From: Felis catus
Lineage: Eukaryota
Assembly (NCBI RefSeq): GCF_018350175.1
Contig: NC_058368.1
Coordinates: forward strand, 161,574,001 to 161,638,000
DNA: 64,000 nt
Direction of reading: 5' to 3'
The notes below the pieces were generated by a model. It saw nothing but the letters and a program-made list of their open reading frames with translations. It was not told the DNA's origin and made no database searches. Shown here piece after piece: positions 51,151 to 63,574 of this stretch. Positions within the stretch are counted from its first letter, which is position 1. Each line of letters opens with the position of its first letter. A program made the translations under genes and the position numbers.

Positions 51151-53709
51151 AAATAAACTGTCTCTTTCAATTTAAATATTATCCTGATATTCAAGGAGAT
51201 TTCAATCCTTTCAATTTTTTTTTTGGCAGGTTATTCTGGTTTTTCTCACCTCTTATTTAACATCTTTCCCTCTTTACCTATTCCTTTTATACATTTGTCC
51301 AATGAGTCCTGTCAGTAATGTAGTAAATATTGTTGAACAAATTGGGAATGCAAAAATGCCTAGAACATGACTTCTGGTTATATTAAGTGCCTTTTCAGTG
51401 ATCATATTTCATAGCTTTTCCCATCACTTCTTTATGTTTAACTCTTTGAGTCATGCCCCTAGTCCAGACCTCTCCTCATTCTTAGTGCTGCATTTCCAAT
51501 TTGCTTTCTAGATGTCCCATGCCAGATACCCAGCTGTCACTACAAACTCAATGTTTCTAGGCTAAAATTTGCTTTCCCTCCAAATCATCATTACTAGTTC
51601 TCTAAACACATAATGAGCATCTAATACTCATCTTGTTCATGAAAACCATGCTTGTGTTCATTCAGATTTAATTTCCAGAATCATCTTTCCCTGGCACCTG
51701 TGATGTGGGAATCTCACACAGGCCATCCATGGTTCCATGCAGAGCACAGGGTGTAACAGTTAACATTTCCTAGGGGTTTACTAGGCGTTTTCATATTTCC
51801 TGGGATGCTCAATTCAGGACCATTTTAATCATTTTTGTTGTTGTTGTTCTTTCTTTCTCATTCTATCCCACACACATAGACACCAAACCCGGCAGGATTT
51901 TTACCTAGTCTGGAGGATAAGGTATCCTCCTCTTTCCTAATTTGGTATCTCTCCCTTAAAGGTACAATTTCTCATATGATTTTTTTCCTCAAACACTAAC
52001 ATCACTGCTTTGTTTGGAAGACGAAAGTGGAAACAACAGCAAAGGAAAAATTCTGCTAATAATATTGCACTCCTCCTAGCTGTATTTTAACTTCCTGTGC
52101 TTTACTATCTCATTAATAAAACAAGGATAGTTGTACCTAAGTGTCATAGTTATTATAAATATTAAATAAGAAAAATGAATAAACAGCACTTATTAACCAT
52201 TATCATTGTTACTCTTCCAATGGTCAAAGACTTCACCTTTACTATCTAGTTAACTGATGGCTATTTGTCACAAAAGGAATCCGGCAGAGAATATGAATGT
52301 TTAGGAGGAAATATCAGTTATGAGTAGAGTCACTACAAGGATCATCATCTTAATGCAAGTCCTATGATACTAGTTAATAGTACTCCTTGGGGTGGCAAGG
52401 GGCACAATTGACTCTGAGCAGCTAGATGTCATAAAGCAATCCTGAAGGACTTGTCAGATGTCTTGATTAATTGCCATTTTTGAAGCAGAAGTAAGAGCAT
52501 CACAAAACCGTGAACAAATACCAGCCTTCCAAATAAGCTCGTATCCAGCCCAGCTCCATGCCAGCCAAGGTACTCAGCTGTAAACCGGCAGTACTTAACT
52601 TGTCTTCTAAAGTCATCGAAGAGCTTAGCGGACCAGCAAATGATAACAATAAACAGCTACCCATGCATGAAACAAGAAATCAGAATTTTCTACTAGCATG
52701 CATGCTTAAGCTAGGAGAGGTGCCAGTCAATGAGCTTAAAAAGCAGGGGGGGGGGGTTCTGAAGCAACTGCAAGATGGCATTTAGAATCTCCATCAAGAC
52801 CTAGGGAAATATGCCCAGGATTTTACATAGCGGAGAGAAGCTATGGCTCTTAGAGACTCTGAGAAATGAGCTTCCTGCAATAAAGCAGGGCAATTAACCT
52901 AAAGCAGAGTCTGGCTGCTAAGTATGGTAGAAATGCCTTTGTCTGATCAGGCAGAGACTTCCCTGGTGTGCTTCTGTTGGGATATTTCACAGAAATTTCA
53001 GTTGCATGGTTCAACAGCTCCCCTTGGCAGAAAGGATTCTAAAGGCCTCACTTATGTCCTGCAGAGCACAGAGCTAGGTTGAGAGAACCTGGGGGATTGA
53101 TGGGAGTGGCTTTGGAAGAGAGGCACCCCCCTCACCTGTGGAAAGTAGGGTGTGGCTCTGCTCTTCTCCAGATTCCGCATTGTGCTGACAGTTCAATTAT
53201 TTACTGAAAGTGAAAAAAATGAAATGATGGTTTTAGCCCTCGATTAATGGGAAGATAATGTTCTGTTAGAAAAGTCAGCTGCAGAGATTGGGTCTGAACA
53301 TGGCTTTGGCTACTGCTATGAGGTTTTGATTTGGCTAATCACAGAGGTCTTCCTTGAATATTAACTAAGGATTCCAAGCAGAACAAATTCATTCCTGATG
53401 AAGTCTTGCAGCTGACAACGTGGAATAATTTGAATCAAAGACCTGTAAAATTTGATCAGTATGAAATTAAATGACTCTCCTGAAGTGATTTGGCAAGTCT
53501 ATTCTCACCAAGGCACTGCAGTGCAAGTGGGGAGGCAATGAAGGGCCATTTTCATCTGCCATCTCACTCAGTGTCTTGCTGACAGGAGGGATTCTGAGGG
53601 TCATGCCTTCTCTTTATTGCCATGTATGGCTCCATCATTTACAAGTGTCCAGACCTTTTTAAGATCCATTAATGCTAAGACCAACTCTTAGGGGTGATGA
53701 TACACTTAC

Positions 53710-53812
53710 CTGTTTTGCCATCTTTACAGAATACCATTTCTTCTTATTTCTCTTACACTTTACAACTCATACAGTTTAAAGAGTACAAAACACATTGAGG
53801 GAAAATTGGAGG
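53710..53812 (-). other. Candidate 103-nt non-coding or 5'UTR exon
   Basis: Minus strand: ggCTGACgttttttctactag|cctcc ... ggcaaaacag|GTAAGT; consensus branch point, acceptor and perfect donor; stops in all three frames. Confidence 0.45.
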
Positions 53813-53867
53813 CTAGTAGAAAAAACGTCAGCCACAAATTTGAACTGCACTGACCCCAAGATAGAAT

Positions 53868-54087
53868 TAAAAAAATATATATATTTATTTATTTTGAGAG
53901 AGAGAGAGGGAGAGTGAGTGAGAGAGAGCAGGGGAAGGTCAGAGACAGGGAGAGAGAGAATCCCAAGCAGGCTCTGCACTGTCAGCACAGAGATGAGCCT
54001 GGGACTCGATCCCACGAACCATGAGATCATGACATGAACTGAAATCAAGAGTTGGACACTTAACTGACTGAGCCACCCAGGCGCCCC
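53868..54087 (-). mobile_element. Can-SINE
   Basis: Full body ending ccacccaggcgcccc; TSD-like aagatagaatt / aagagagactt. Confidence 0.95.
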
Positions 54088-54689
54088 AAGAGAGACTTTT
54101 TTTTAAGTGGCCTTGACAAAATATGCACTTCTATTCTCATGGCTCACTAGATAGACAATAATATCAGGCTTGGCCTTCTGAGATTAAGGTGGGGCTGGGG
54201 GATGGAGCCAAACAAGGGACAAAGACTCCTCAAGTTCCAGTCTAGTGGCTGTGAATTCTGCCCTAGAAAAGAAGCAACTTGTACCATGGTGATAAAATAA
54301 TTTCTTTTGTGTTTGCAAGAATATGTTAGAAATCAATAGTAGAACATTTTATTATAAAAAGGTGGAACACGTGAAAAGTTTTTCTAATGTTATGGTTGGC
54401 TACTTTGTCTCTTAGACAAAAGACATGATAAGAGAAGTTTCTGAGAATTAAATAGAGGGCACAGCTAATAAAATTTTAGGGAATGTACATGGTGGTGAGG
54501 TGAGGGGTCAGAATGGCAGTTGTTTGCAAAAGAAAGTAAGATGGAAAAGAGAAGTAACCAAGAGAGATAATATAACAAAAAAATTACTGACTTTCAGAGA
54601 AATTAGGTGAACAGAAGATTTAATAGAGCTGTAAGGTAAAGGTGACCCAAAAAATCAGCATAAAAATTACTGCTTTTTTACAACAAATA

Positions 54690-54693
<4 letters not shown>

Positions 54694-54741
<48 letters not shown>
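54694..54741. repeat. (TA)n microsatellite
   Basis: Direct read. Confidence 0.95.
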
Positions 54742-54744
<3 letters not shown>

Positions 54745-54758
54745 AATCTTAAATTTTT

Positions 54759-55003
54759 GTTTCCACTCTTACGTGGGTCCTGAGAAACTTAACAGAAGAC
54801 CATGGGGGAGGGGAAGGAAAAAAAAAGTTAGAGAGAGAGGGAGCCAAACCATAAGAGACTCTTAAAAACTGAGAATAAACTGAGGGTTGATGGGAGGTGG
54901 GAGGGAGGGGAGGGTGGGTGATGGGTATTAAGGAGGGCACCTGTTGGGATGAGCACTGGGTGTTGTATGGAAACCAATTTGCCAGTAAATTTCATACTAA
55001 AAA
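54759..55003 (+). mobile_element. Short 5'-truncated L1_Fc 3'UTR insertion with TSD
   Basis: tgagaaacttaacagaagaccatgggggagggg...gggatgagcactgggtgttgtatggaaaccaattt; TSD aatcttaaattttt / aatcttaaaatttt. Confidence 0.95.
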
Positions 55004-55223
55004 AATCTTAAAATTTTCAAAGTGGGTTTTAACAAAGCAAGTAATACTGCAAGATCCAGGAGTCAAATGCTTAGCTACTTATAGCAATGAACTCAAGTAC
55101 TGAGTTGAAGTCACTTCAAGTAAGTCCTTCAGTAGGATCACTTCCATGTGTTCTTGAAACATACAGAGTAACAATGTGGGCTAAAGTAGAGGCCACAGGC
55201 TGATAAAGTCTGAGGATTTGATA

Positions 55224-55648
55224 CAGTAGTCCCCCCTTATATATGGAGTTTATTTTCTAAGACTCCCAGTAGATGCCTAATAGTATTGAACCTTATATAT
55301 ACTTTGTTTTTTCTTATCTAGACATACCTATGATGAAGTTTAATTTATAAATTAGGCACAGTAAGATATTAACAGCAATAACTAATAATAAAACAGTTAT
55401 AACAATATACTATAATAAAAGTTATATGCACATCTTCTCTCACACAAAATACTGTACTATATTCACCCTTCTTCTTGTGATGATGTGAGACTATAAGTGA
55501 TGAAGTGAGATGAGGTGGGGTGAATAATGTAGTTACTATGACATAGCATTAGGATACCATTGACCCTTGGTGATCTGCTTACACACTGTGGTTAACCCAG
55601 GGTCAAAGAGACTGAGGAAAAGAAACCACAGAGAAGAGGGGACTACTG
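55224..55648. mobile_element. MER44 (B-like) Tigger7-derived MITE, complete
   Basis: TIRs cagtagtccccc ... ggggactactg flanked by a TA duplication. Confidence 0.92.
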
Positions 55649-55721
55649 TATTTACTTACAAATACTTATGAGGATGGACATGTTTAATGTTTGAATCATT
55701 CTCTACATTCAGAGAGAATTC

Positions 55722-55959
55722 TTTTTTTTTTAAGTTCATTTATTTTGAGAGAGAGAGAGAGAGAGCAAGTGCATGCATGAGTGGGGGAGTAACAAAGAGG
55801 AGGGAGAGAAAATCTCAAACACACTCCACACTGTCAGTGCAGAGCCCAACACAGAGCTCAATCTCAAGACCACAAGATCACAACGACAAGATCATGACCT
55901 GAGCTGATATCAAGAATCAAAAGTCAGATTCTCGACAGATTGAGTCACCCAGGTTCCCC
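55722..55959 (-). mobile_element. Can-SINE
   Basis: TSD ttcagagagaattcttttt / ttcacagagaattcttttt. Confidence 0.93.
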
Positions 55960-55983
55960 AAACTTCACAGAGAATTCTTTTTT

Positions 55984-56160
55984 GGGGTTCCTGGATGGCT
56001 CAGTTGGTTAAGCGTGGGATTGAGCCCCACATCAGGCTCTGCACTGACACTGTGGAGCCTGCTTGGGATCCTATCTCTCTCCCTCTCTCTCTGCCTTTAC
56101 CCGTCTCACTCTTGTTCTCTCTCTCTCAAAATAAATAAATTAAAAAAAAAAAAAAACAAG
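55984..56160 (+). mobile_element. Can-SINE with an internal deletion
   Basis: ggggttcctggatggctcagttggttaagcgt joined directly to gggattgagcccc; A tail; followed by agagaaaattcttttt. Confidence 0.93.
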
Positions 56161-56479
56161 AAGAGAAAATTCTTTTTAAGCTAGAAGAAGCTTTGTTCTT
56201 CTAAAACACTGCAAAAAAATTTCCAGTGTGGAAGGAAATCTTCCTTTTTTTCTTTTCTTTTTTTTTTCTTTTTAGGCAACTATCCATTCAGAGACAAGCT
56301 TAGGAATAAGGAAATTAGGTCAAGTCATGTGACATATTTTCTTTTCATGTTCATACCTTTGTTACTTTTTTAGTAGATGTAGTGGCCTGTGTAATGAACT
56401 ACAGGCTTTTCTCTACCACAACTCTACCCTATGGCTTAAATAATTAAAAAAAATTCTGCTTGGATACAATTTTATAAAT

Positions 56480-56586
56480 AAATATATATATATGTATATA
56501 TACACACATATATATACACATATATAAACATGTATACATATTTCATATATTTAAAAACCTGCATATATACACATCTTTTTATACAC

Positions 56587-56617
<31 letters not shown>

Positions 56618-56670
56618 TATTTTAAATATATATCTGTGTATATATCTGTACATACAGATATATATACATG
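56480..56670. repeat. (TA)/(CATA) low-complexity repeat
   Basis: Direct read. Confidence 0.9.
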
Positions 56671-57329
56671 GCTGTGAAATATAATACTCATATAGGGGAT
56701 ACTGAATGAGAAAGTGTTTGTTCTGAGTCATATAGTACCTGAATACAAAAAAGGACTTTGTCTCTGAATCCTGTGTCAGCATTGATTTAAAGGAGAGAAG
56801 GATGCTTTTAATAAGTTTGGAAGCAATTTTTTACATGTTATTATACTTAACAAATCACAGTTTTTCTTTGCTATAATTTATTTAAAAATAAATTGTGGAA
56901 AAATGCTCTAAAAATGAACATGTTCTTTTAGACAAATTAGAAAACATTCCAAGTGCTATTCATGTAAAATGATAGGCCCATTTTGTCTCTGATTTACTGG
57001 AATGAATATGACAAGTCACTTGATATTCCTTTAGCTTTAGAATATTCAGCCAAAAATTGAGATATTAGTCTTGATGTAATTCAGAGAATTGTTAATATAT
57101 ATCACTAATATCATATAGGTTTATAACATATTTTCCTGTATACATCATAATGGCAAAAATAAAAAAAAATATTTTGTTTTTCTGATGTTCTCATGTTGAA
57201 TCCAGAAACAAAGAAATATTGACTTTTAGAAAAATTCTGGATCCTTCAGAAAACAATCTGAATATTTTTAAGAAGTATCTATAGATTTTAAGAATCCCTA
57301 GCAATTTGAATGCAGCCTCCATCATACCT

Positions 57330-58330
57330 TCAGTCGTGATAAAATTGCCAATTTCACGGGGCATGTCTCTTCTCTTTGGTTTCTCATGTAACTGTTCACA
57401 GGCCCTTTCTTAAAACTTTCTTCCTTCAATTCCTGTGAAGTTGTACTTAGTGTTTTCTCCCACTGACTCATGCCTTCTTCATTTCCTGTTTCAGCTCCTC
57501 TTTTCCCTTCTGCCGCATAAGTGGGGCCTTCTGCCAAGTTTCCATTCTCTTTCTATGCTTTCTCCCTCAAGCTTTTCATATACTCTTATGGCTTCAAATA
57601 TTATGACCAAGTGAAAAAAATTTAACCCATTTTTTTAGCAGCAGACCTCTCTTAGGTTTTAGTTGTTATCTCAGCTCACTATCCATAAACTGCATATATG
57701 CTTCCTATGTAATATTTCTGGCATCCAGCACTTTCTGATCACAGAGCACTTGGGGAATATCCCTTCTTTGGTGCATTTGCTTCCATATTTTTCTCCTGAA
57801 TACCAATCACCTCTCTAATTAAAACCTTTATCTCCAGATCAATACATCCAATACACTCAACAGATTCTTTAATAGCTCCATGTTAATGTCAAAAAGCTGT
57901 AGCAATGCAACATTTTGTGCACAGAACTCTTGATTTACCACTCTCCCAATCTGATCCTTTTCTCGTTTTCTTTGCCTCAGTGAATTTGATGACTCTTCAT
58001 CTTGTTTCACAAACCAGAAACATGGCAGTTATCCTTGATTCACCCCCATATGTAAGATGGTCAGATCCTCACTGTTGATTTATTCAAAGCTGCAGTCATC
58101 TTTCTCCATATTACACAGAGCACCTATTTCTTCCACATAAGCACTTTTCTTCTCGACTCTGTCTTCTTCACTACAGCTAGAATCAAGAGTCAGTTCCAAA
58201 AAAAAAAAAAAAAAAAAAAACAAAACAGGTTCTTTCCTTTTTCTTCATTTATCTTAAATTGTACCCATTCTTAAAATCTCAGCTTATAGCCCAATTTTTC
58301 TTCAAACCCTTTCATGATTCCCACTAGCCC
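57330..58330 (+). mobile_element. Degenerate L2
   Basis: tcatatactcttatggcttcaaatattat; ttcacaaaccagaaacatggcagttatccttgattc; acccattcttaaaatctcagctta. Confidence 0.6.
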
Positions 58331-58379
58331 TTAAATTTTATTTTAGTTTTTAAAGTAGCAGTGTGATGGCAAGTTATAA

Positions 58380-58530
58380 GCTTTGATTATATCCATCTCA
58401 CAAATGTGAAATCTAAGGCTCAAAAAGAGAAACGATGTGCCCAAAGTCACCTAATTAATTTCTAATAGAGCAAGGCTTTGAAATCAGGTTATGTGACTTA
58501 AAATCCATTCTTATCTGCAGTACCACTTCC
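58380..58530 (-). mobile_element. MIR SINE
   Basis: atccatctcacaaatgtgaaatctaaggctcaaaaagagaaacgatgtgcccaaagtcac. Confidence 0.75.
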
Positions 58531-59005
58531 TTCAATGTTCAGACTTTTCTCTAACATATTAGTGTTACTAATATGACATTATTGTGTATTTCCATTCTTT
58601 CATAATCCTATCTGGTATAGAAACTCCTTGAGATTGGAACGGTTGCTTGATTCATTCATTAACAAATGTTTTTGTTGATTATATACCTGGTAAAACATGA
58701 AGACCTAGGAATACAGTGCTGACATACCAGATTTAGCAAATAAATACCTGCCTCCAGCATAAAATATTCTGTTTCAACAGATATTAATAATTATTAACAA
58801 GCTATGAATATACTCTATTTTTTTAACACTGTTAATAGTTTTCATTAGATATAAGACTTTATGAGTCTAGTTATTGGAATCTTGAAAATGTAACATAGTT
58901 GTTCAAGATATTTAGGTTTTGGAATATATAAATATTTTCTTTCAAAGGAATATCTTTGTAAAATTACCCAAAGCTGCAGCCAGTTTTTATATACCCTTTA
59001 AATAT

Positions 59006-59347
59006 TTTTAAAGGTTTATTTATATATTTTGAGAGAACGAGTGAGCATGAGCAGGGGAAGGGCAAAGAGTGGGATAAAGAGAGAATCCCAAGCAGGCTCC
59101 ATGCTGTTAGCACAGAGCCCAACATGGGGCTCAGAATTCATGAACTGAGATCATGACCTAGGCTAAAATCAAGAATCGGAGACTTAGGGGCACCTGGGTG
59201 GCTCAGTCAATTGAGTGACTGACTTAGGCTCAGATCGTGAACTCACAGGTTTGTGAGTTTGAGCCCCACATTGGGCTCACTGCTGTCAGCAGAGAGCCCA
59301 CTTCAGATTCTCTGCCCCCCATCTCTCTGCCCCTCCCCCACTTATTT

Positions 59348-59380
<33 letters not shown>

Positions 59381-59480
59381 GTCTATCTCTCTCTCTCTCT
59401 CTCTCAAAAATAAACAAACATTTAAAAAAAGAAAAAGAAAAGAATCGGAGGTTTAACCGACTATACCACCAAGGGGCTCT
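59006..59480 (-). mobile_element. Can-SINE (outer), interrupted
   Basis: Outer TSD ccctttaaata on both sides (~58995-59005 / 59483-59493); body split by the inner SINE. Confidence 0.92.
59187..59439 (+). mobile_element. Can-SINE (inner, nested)
   Basis: TSD aagaatcggagactta (59171-59186) / aagaatcggaggttta (59440-59455). Confidence 0.95.
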
Positions 59481-60750
59481 CACCCTTTAAATACAAAGTT
59501 CAGATAGATGATGTGTTTAGCAGTAGAGGAATTCACAGACTCGGTTTGGAAGTGATTACATAAATAGGTGTTTATATTTGTGAGGTAATAGACATAGCTT
59601 TTCTGAGATTAATTAGAAAGTAGTGGGCTTCAATGGCTCAAATGTTCAAGAAAAACCACAACTGTTTTAACTTGGAGAAAATACGAAGGTATGCTATTGC
59701 CTCCTAGATATTCTGTATGACCTAAGCTCCTCCTCCTGAACCCATTGCCCATGGGCAGCTGGGACAGAGCAAATGGTGTCAATCTAGGTGCTAAGCCCAG
59801 GTAGGGGGTATATACTAGCCCCAAATAGTTGATATATCTGGAACTTTGAATCTGTCTAGGAAGTTCAGCATAGGCTTGATGGCCAAACAATCCATGCTTC
59901 AAGACCAGATATTATGTTATATTACAAAAAAAAAAAAAAAAAAGTAGTCAGTGTGTCCAAAACAGTTGGTATGCTTATGCTGTCTGTCTGTCATTATTGT
60001 CTGTCTGTCCAAAGTGATCTACGTGTTTGGGCTATGTATATGCATCACTAATATATCTAAATTGGTCAGTGTATTTGGGAGATATGTTTGCCTGGAGTTG
60101 TCAGTAATTCTGTCTTGGCCAGGTGTTATTAATGCATTTATGTTTCTTTTATACTTTAGTTTGTTATTTTGGAGGAGAAGCGGCTCAAAGAAGGCCATTT
60201 CTTGATTGAAAGTGAGTGTCAGGGTGAAGGTTAGGGGGAGTGGACTCTCATCCATGAGTTTTTGCTGATTCTCAACCTCCTACAGTCATTTGTCTCTCAG
60301 AGTGACCTTGGCTTTTGCAGCCCCAACTACTGTCCTTTCCTTTAAGCTATTTTGTAAGAAGGCTTGTCTGCATAAGCACAACTAATTCGTGAACTAGTGT
60401 GACCACAGAAGCCATATTTCCTAACTTTGAGTTCCGGCTTCACTCATCACTAATGTAGCCTGAGACTACATTAACATTAAAGACAAATATTAACACTAAA
60501 GACAAATAATGACTACATAAAGTGTTTATGTATAATCCTTGGAAGTATACCTAGCACAGAGTAAGAGAAATTATGTTCCTTTATCTTAAAAAATAATGCA
60601 GGGATGATTTAAAAGTTGTATTTGGCTATGGTTTTCATAGAAAAAAAAGTGGGTTTTGTGTTAATTGCCTATTATTAGCTCAAAAAAATACACTAAAGGC
60701 TTATATTATAGGAGATAGAAAGTGAGACTGATATCTAAAGTGAGTTTTAA

Positions 60751-63559
60751 AAGGCCAGCATTACCTTGATTCCAAACAGACAAAAACCACACTAAAAAAG
60801 AGAATATGGGGTGCATGGGTGGCTCAGTTGGTTAAGCATCCAATTTGACTCAGGTCATGATCTTACAGTTTGTGTGTTCGAGACCCATGTCAGGCTCTGT
60901 GCTGACAGCTCAGAACCTGGAGCCTGATTCGGATTCTGTGTTTCCCTCTCTCTCTACCCATACACTGCTCATGCTCTGTCTGTCTGTCTCTCTCTCTCTC
61001 TGAAATAAATAGACACTAATTTTTTTTTTAGAAAAAAATCATCTATAGGCTTATATCCCTTATAAACATGGATGCAAAAATTATCAACAAAATACTAGCA
61101 AGTGGAGTCCAACAGTACATTAAACAGCACGATTAAGTGGGATTTATTCCTGGACTGCATGGGTGGTTCAATATTCACAAATCAATCAAGGTCATATATC
61201 ACATTAATAAAAGAAAGGATAAGAACCATATCATCCTCTCAATGCTTGCAGAAAAAGCATTGGACAAAATACAGTATCCTTTCTTGGCAAAAACTCTCAA
61301 CAAGTAGGGAAGGAGGGAATGTACCTCAAAGTCACAAAAGCCATATACCACAGCTAATATCATCCTCAATGAGAAAAATTGAGAGCTTTCCCTCTGTGGT
61401 CAGGAACAAGACAAGTGCTGTCCTCTCTCACCATCATTATTTAACATAGTACTGGAAGTTCTAATCTCAGCAATCAGACAACAAAGAGAAAAACAAGGCA
61501 TCTAAAATGTCAAGGAAGAAGTCAAATTTTCATTATTCAAAAATTACATGATACTCTATATAGGAAACCCTAAAGACTTCACCAAAAAAATTCTAGAACT
61601 GATACACAAATTCAGTAAAGTCATAGGATATAAAATAAATGTACAGAAATCTGTTGTATTTCTGTACACCAATAATGAAGCAGCCTAAAGAGAAATCAAG
61701 GAATCAATTCCATTTACAATTATATGAAAAATAATATGATACCTAGGAAAACCTAACCAAAGCAAAGAGGTAAAAGACCTGTATGCTGAAAACTATAGAA
61801 CACTTATGAAATCAATTGAAAATGACACAAATGGAAAAACATTCCATGCTTATGAATTGTAAGCACAAATATTGTTAAATGTTTATACTACCCAAAGCTA
61901 TCTACAGATTTAAGACCATCCTTATTAAAATACCACCAGCATTCTTCATGGAACTATAACAAACACTCCTAAAATTTGTATGGAACCACAAAAAAAAACC
62001 ATGCTCAGCCAAAGCAATCTTGAAAAAGAAAAACAGCTGGAGTCATTACAATCCCAAACTTCAAGCTATGTTACAAAGTGATAGTCATGAAGACAGTAGA
62101 GTATTGGCGCAAAAATAGACATTTGGATCAGTGGAACAGAATAGAAAACCCAGAAATGGACCCACACTACATGATAAATTAATAATCTTCAACAAAGCAA
62201 GACACAATATTCAATGGAGAGAAGACAGTCTTTCAGCAAATGGGTTTGGGAAAACTGAACAGCAACATGCAGAAGAATGAAACTGGACCACTTCCTTACA
62301 CCCTACTCAAAAATAAATTCAAAATGGGTGGAAGACTGAAATGTGAGACAGGAGACTATCAAAATCCTTGAGGAAAACACAGTCAGCAACCTCTTTGACC
62401 TCAGCATTAGCAACTTCTTATTAGACACATCTCTGGAGGCAAGGGAAAGTCAAGCAAAAATGGACGATTGGAATTTCATCAAGATAAAAAGTTCTGTACA
62501 GTAAAAGAAACAATCAACAAAAGTAAAAGGCAGCCTACAGAATGGGAGAAGATATTTGTGAATGACATACCTGATAAAGGGTTGCTATCTAAAATCTATA
62601 AAGAACTTATCAAACTCAACACCCAAAAAAACAAATAAGCCAGTTAAGTAATGAGCTGAAGACATGAATAGGCATTTTTCCAAAGGAGACGTTCAGATGG
62701 TTAACAGACACTCAACATCACTCATCCTCAGGGAAATACAAATCAAAATAATAGTGAGATATCACCTCACACCTTTCAGAATGGCTGAGAGTAACAACAT
62801 AGGCAACAACAGATGTTGGCAAAGATGTGGAGATAGAGGCACCCTCTTAACTCTTGGTGGGAACACAAACTGGTGCAGTCACTCTGGAAAACACGATGGA
62901 GTTTCCTCAAAAGTTAAAAATGGAACTATCCCACAATCCAGAAATTTCACTACTAGGTATTTACCCAAAGGATACAAAAATACTGATTCAAAGGGGCACA
63001 TGCATCCTGATGTTTATAGCAGCACCCTCAACAGTAGCTAAAGATTGGAAAGAGCCCCAATGTCTATCAACTGATGAATGGATAAAGAAGAGGTGGGATG
63101 CGTATGTGTGTGTGTGGGGGGGGGGGGGGGTGTACACACACCCACACACACAATGGAATATTACTCAGCCATAAGAAGAATGAAGTCTTGCCATTTGCAA
63201 TGACTTGGATGGAAATGTAGTGTATTATGCTAAGTGAAGTAAGTCAGACAGAGAAAGACAGATACCATATGATTTCACTCATATGTGGAATTTAAGGAAC
63301 AAAACATATGAACATAGGGTAGGGGAAAAAGAGAGGGAACCAAACCATAAGGGACTCTTAACTATAGAGAACAAACAGGGTTGATGGAGGAGAAGTGGGT
63401 GAGGGATGAGCTAAATGGGTGATGGGAATTAAGAAGGACACTTGGGGTATTGAGCACTGACTGTTATGTGTAAGTGATGAATCAGTAAATTCTATTCTTG
63501 AAAGCAATATTACACTATATTTTAACTAAGCAGAATTTAAATAAAAATTGAAGAAAAAA
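60751..63559 (+). mobile_element. 5'-truncated carnivore/felid LINE-1 with TSD, inserted into L2
   Basis: Degenerate ORF2 from aaggccagcattaccttgattcc to the 3'UTR and A tail; TSD taaagtgagttttaa (60736-60750) / taaactgagttttaa (63560-63574). Confidence 0.95.
60808..61035 (+). mobile_element. Can-SINE (SINEC_Fc) nested in L1
   Basis: ggggtgcatgggtggctcagttggttaagc...gctgacagctcagaacctggagcc. Confidence 0.94.
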
Positions 63560-63574
63560 TAAACTGAGTTTTAA

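Noticed and set aside
59500..60400. Possible ERV/LTR or coding region (ORFs 59630-59902, 59951-60205)
   Set aside because: No retroviral motifs, LTR termini or protein similarity that I can recognise.
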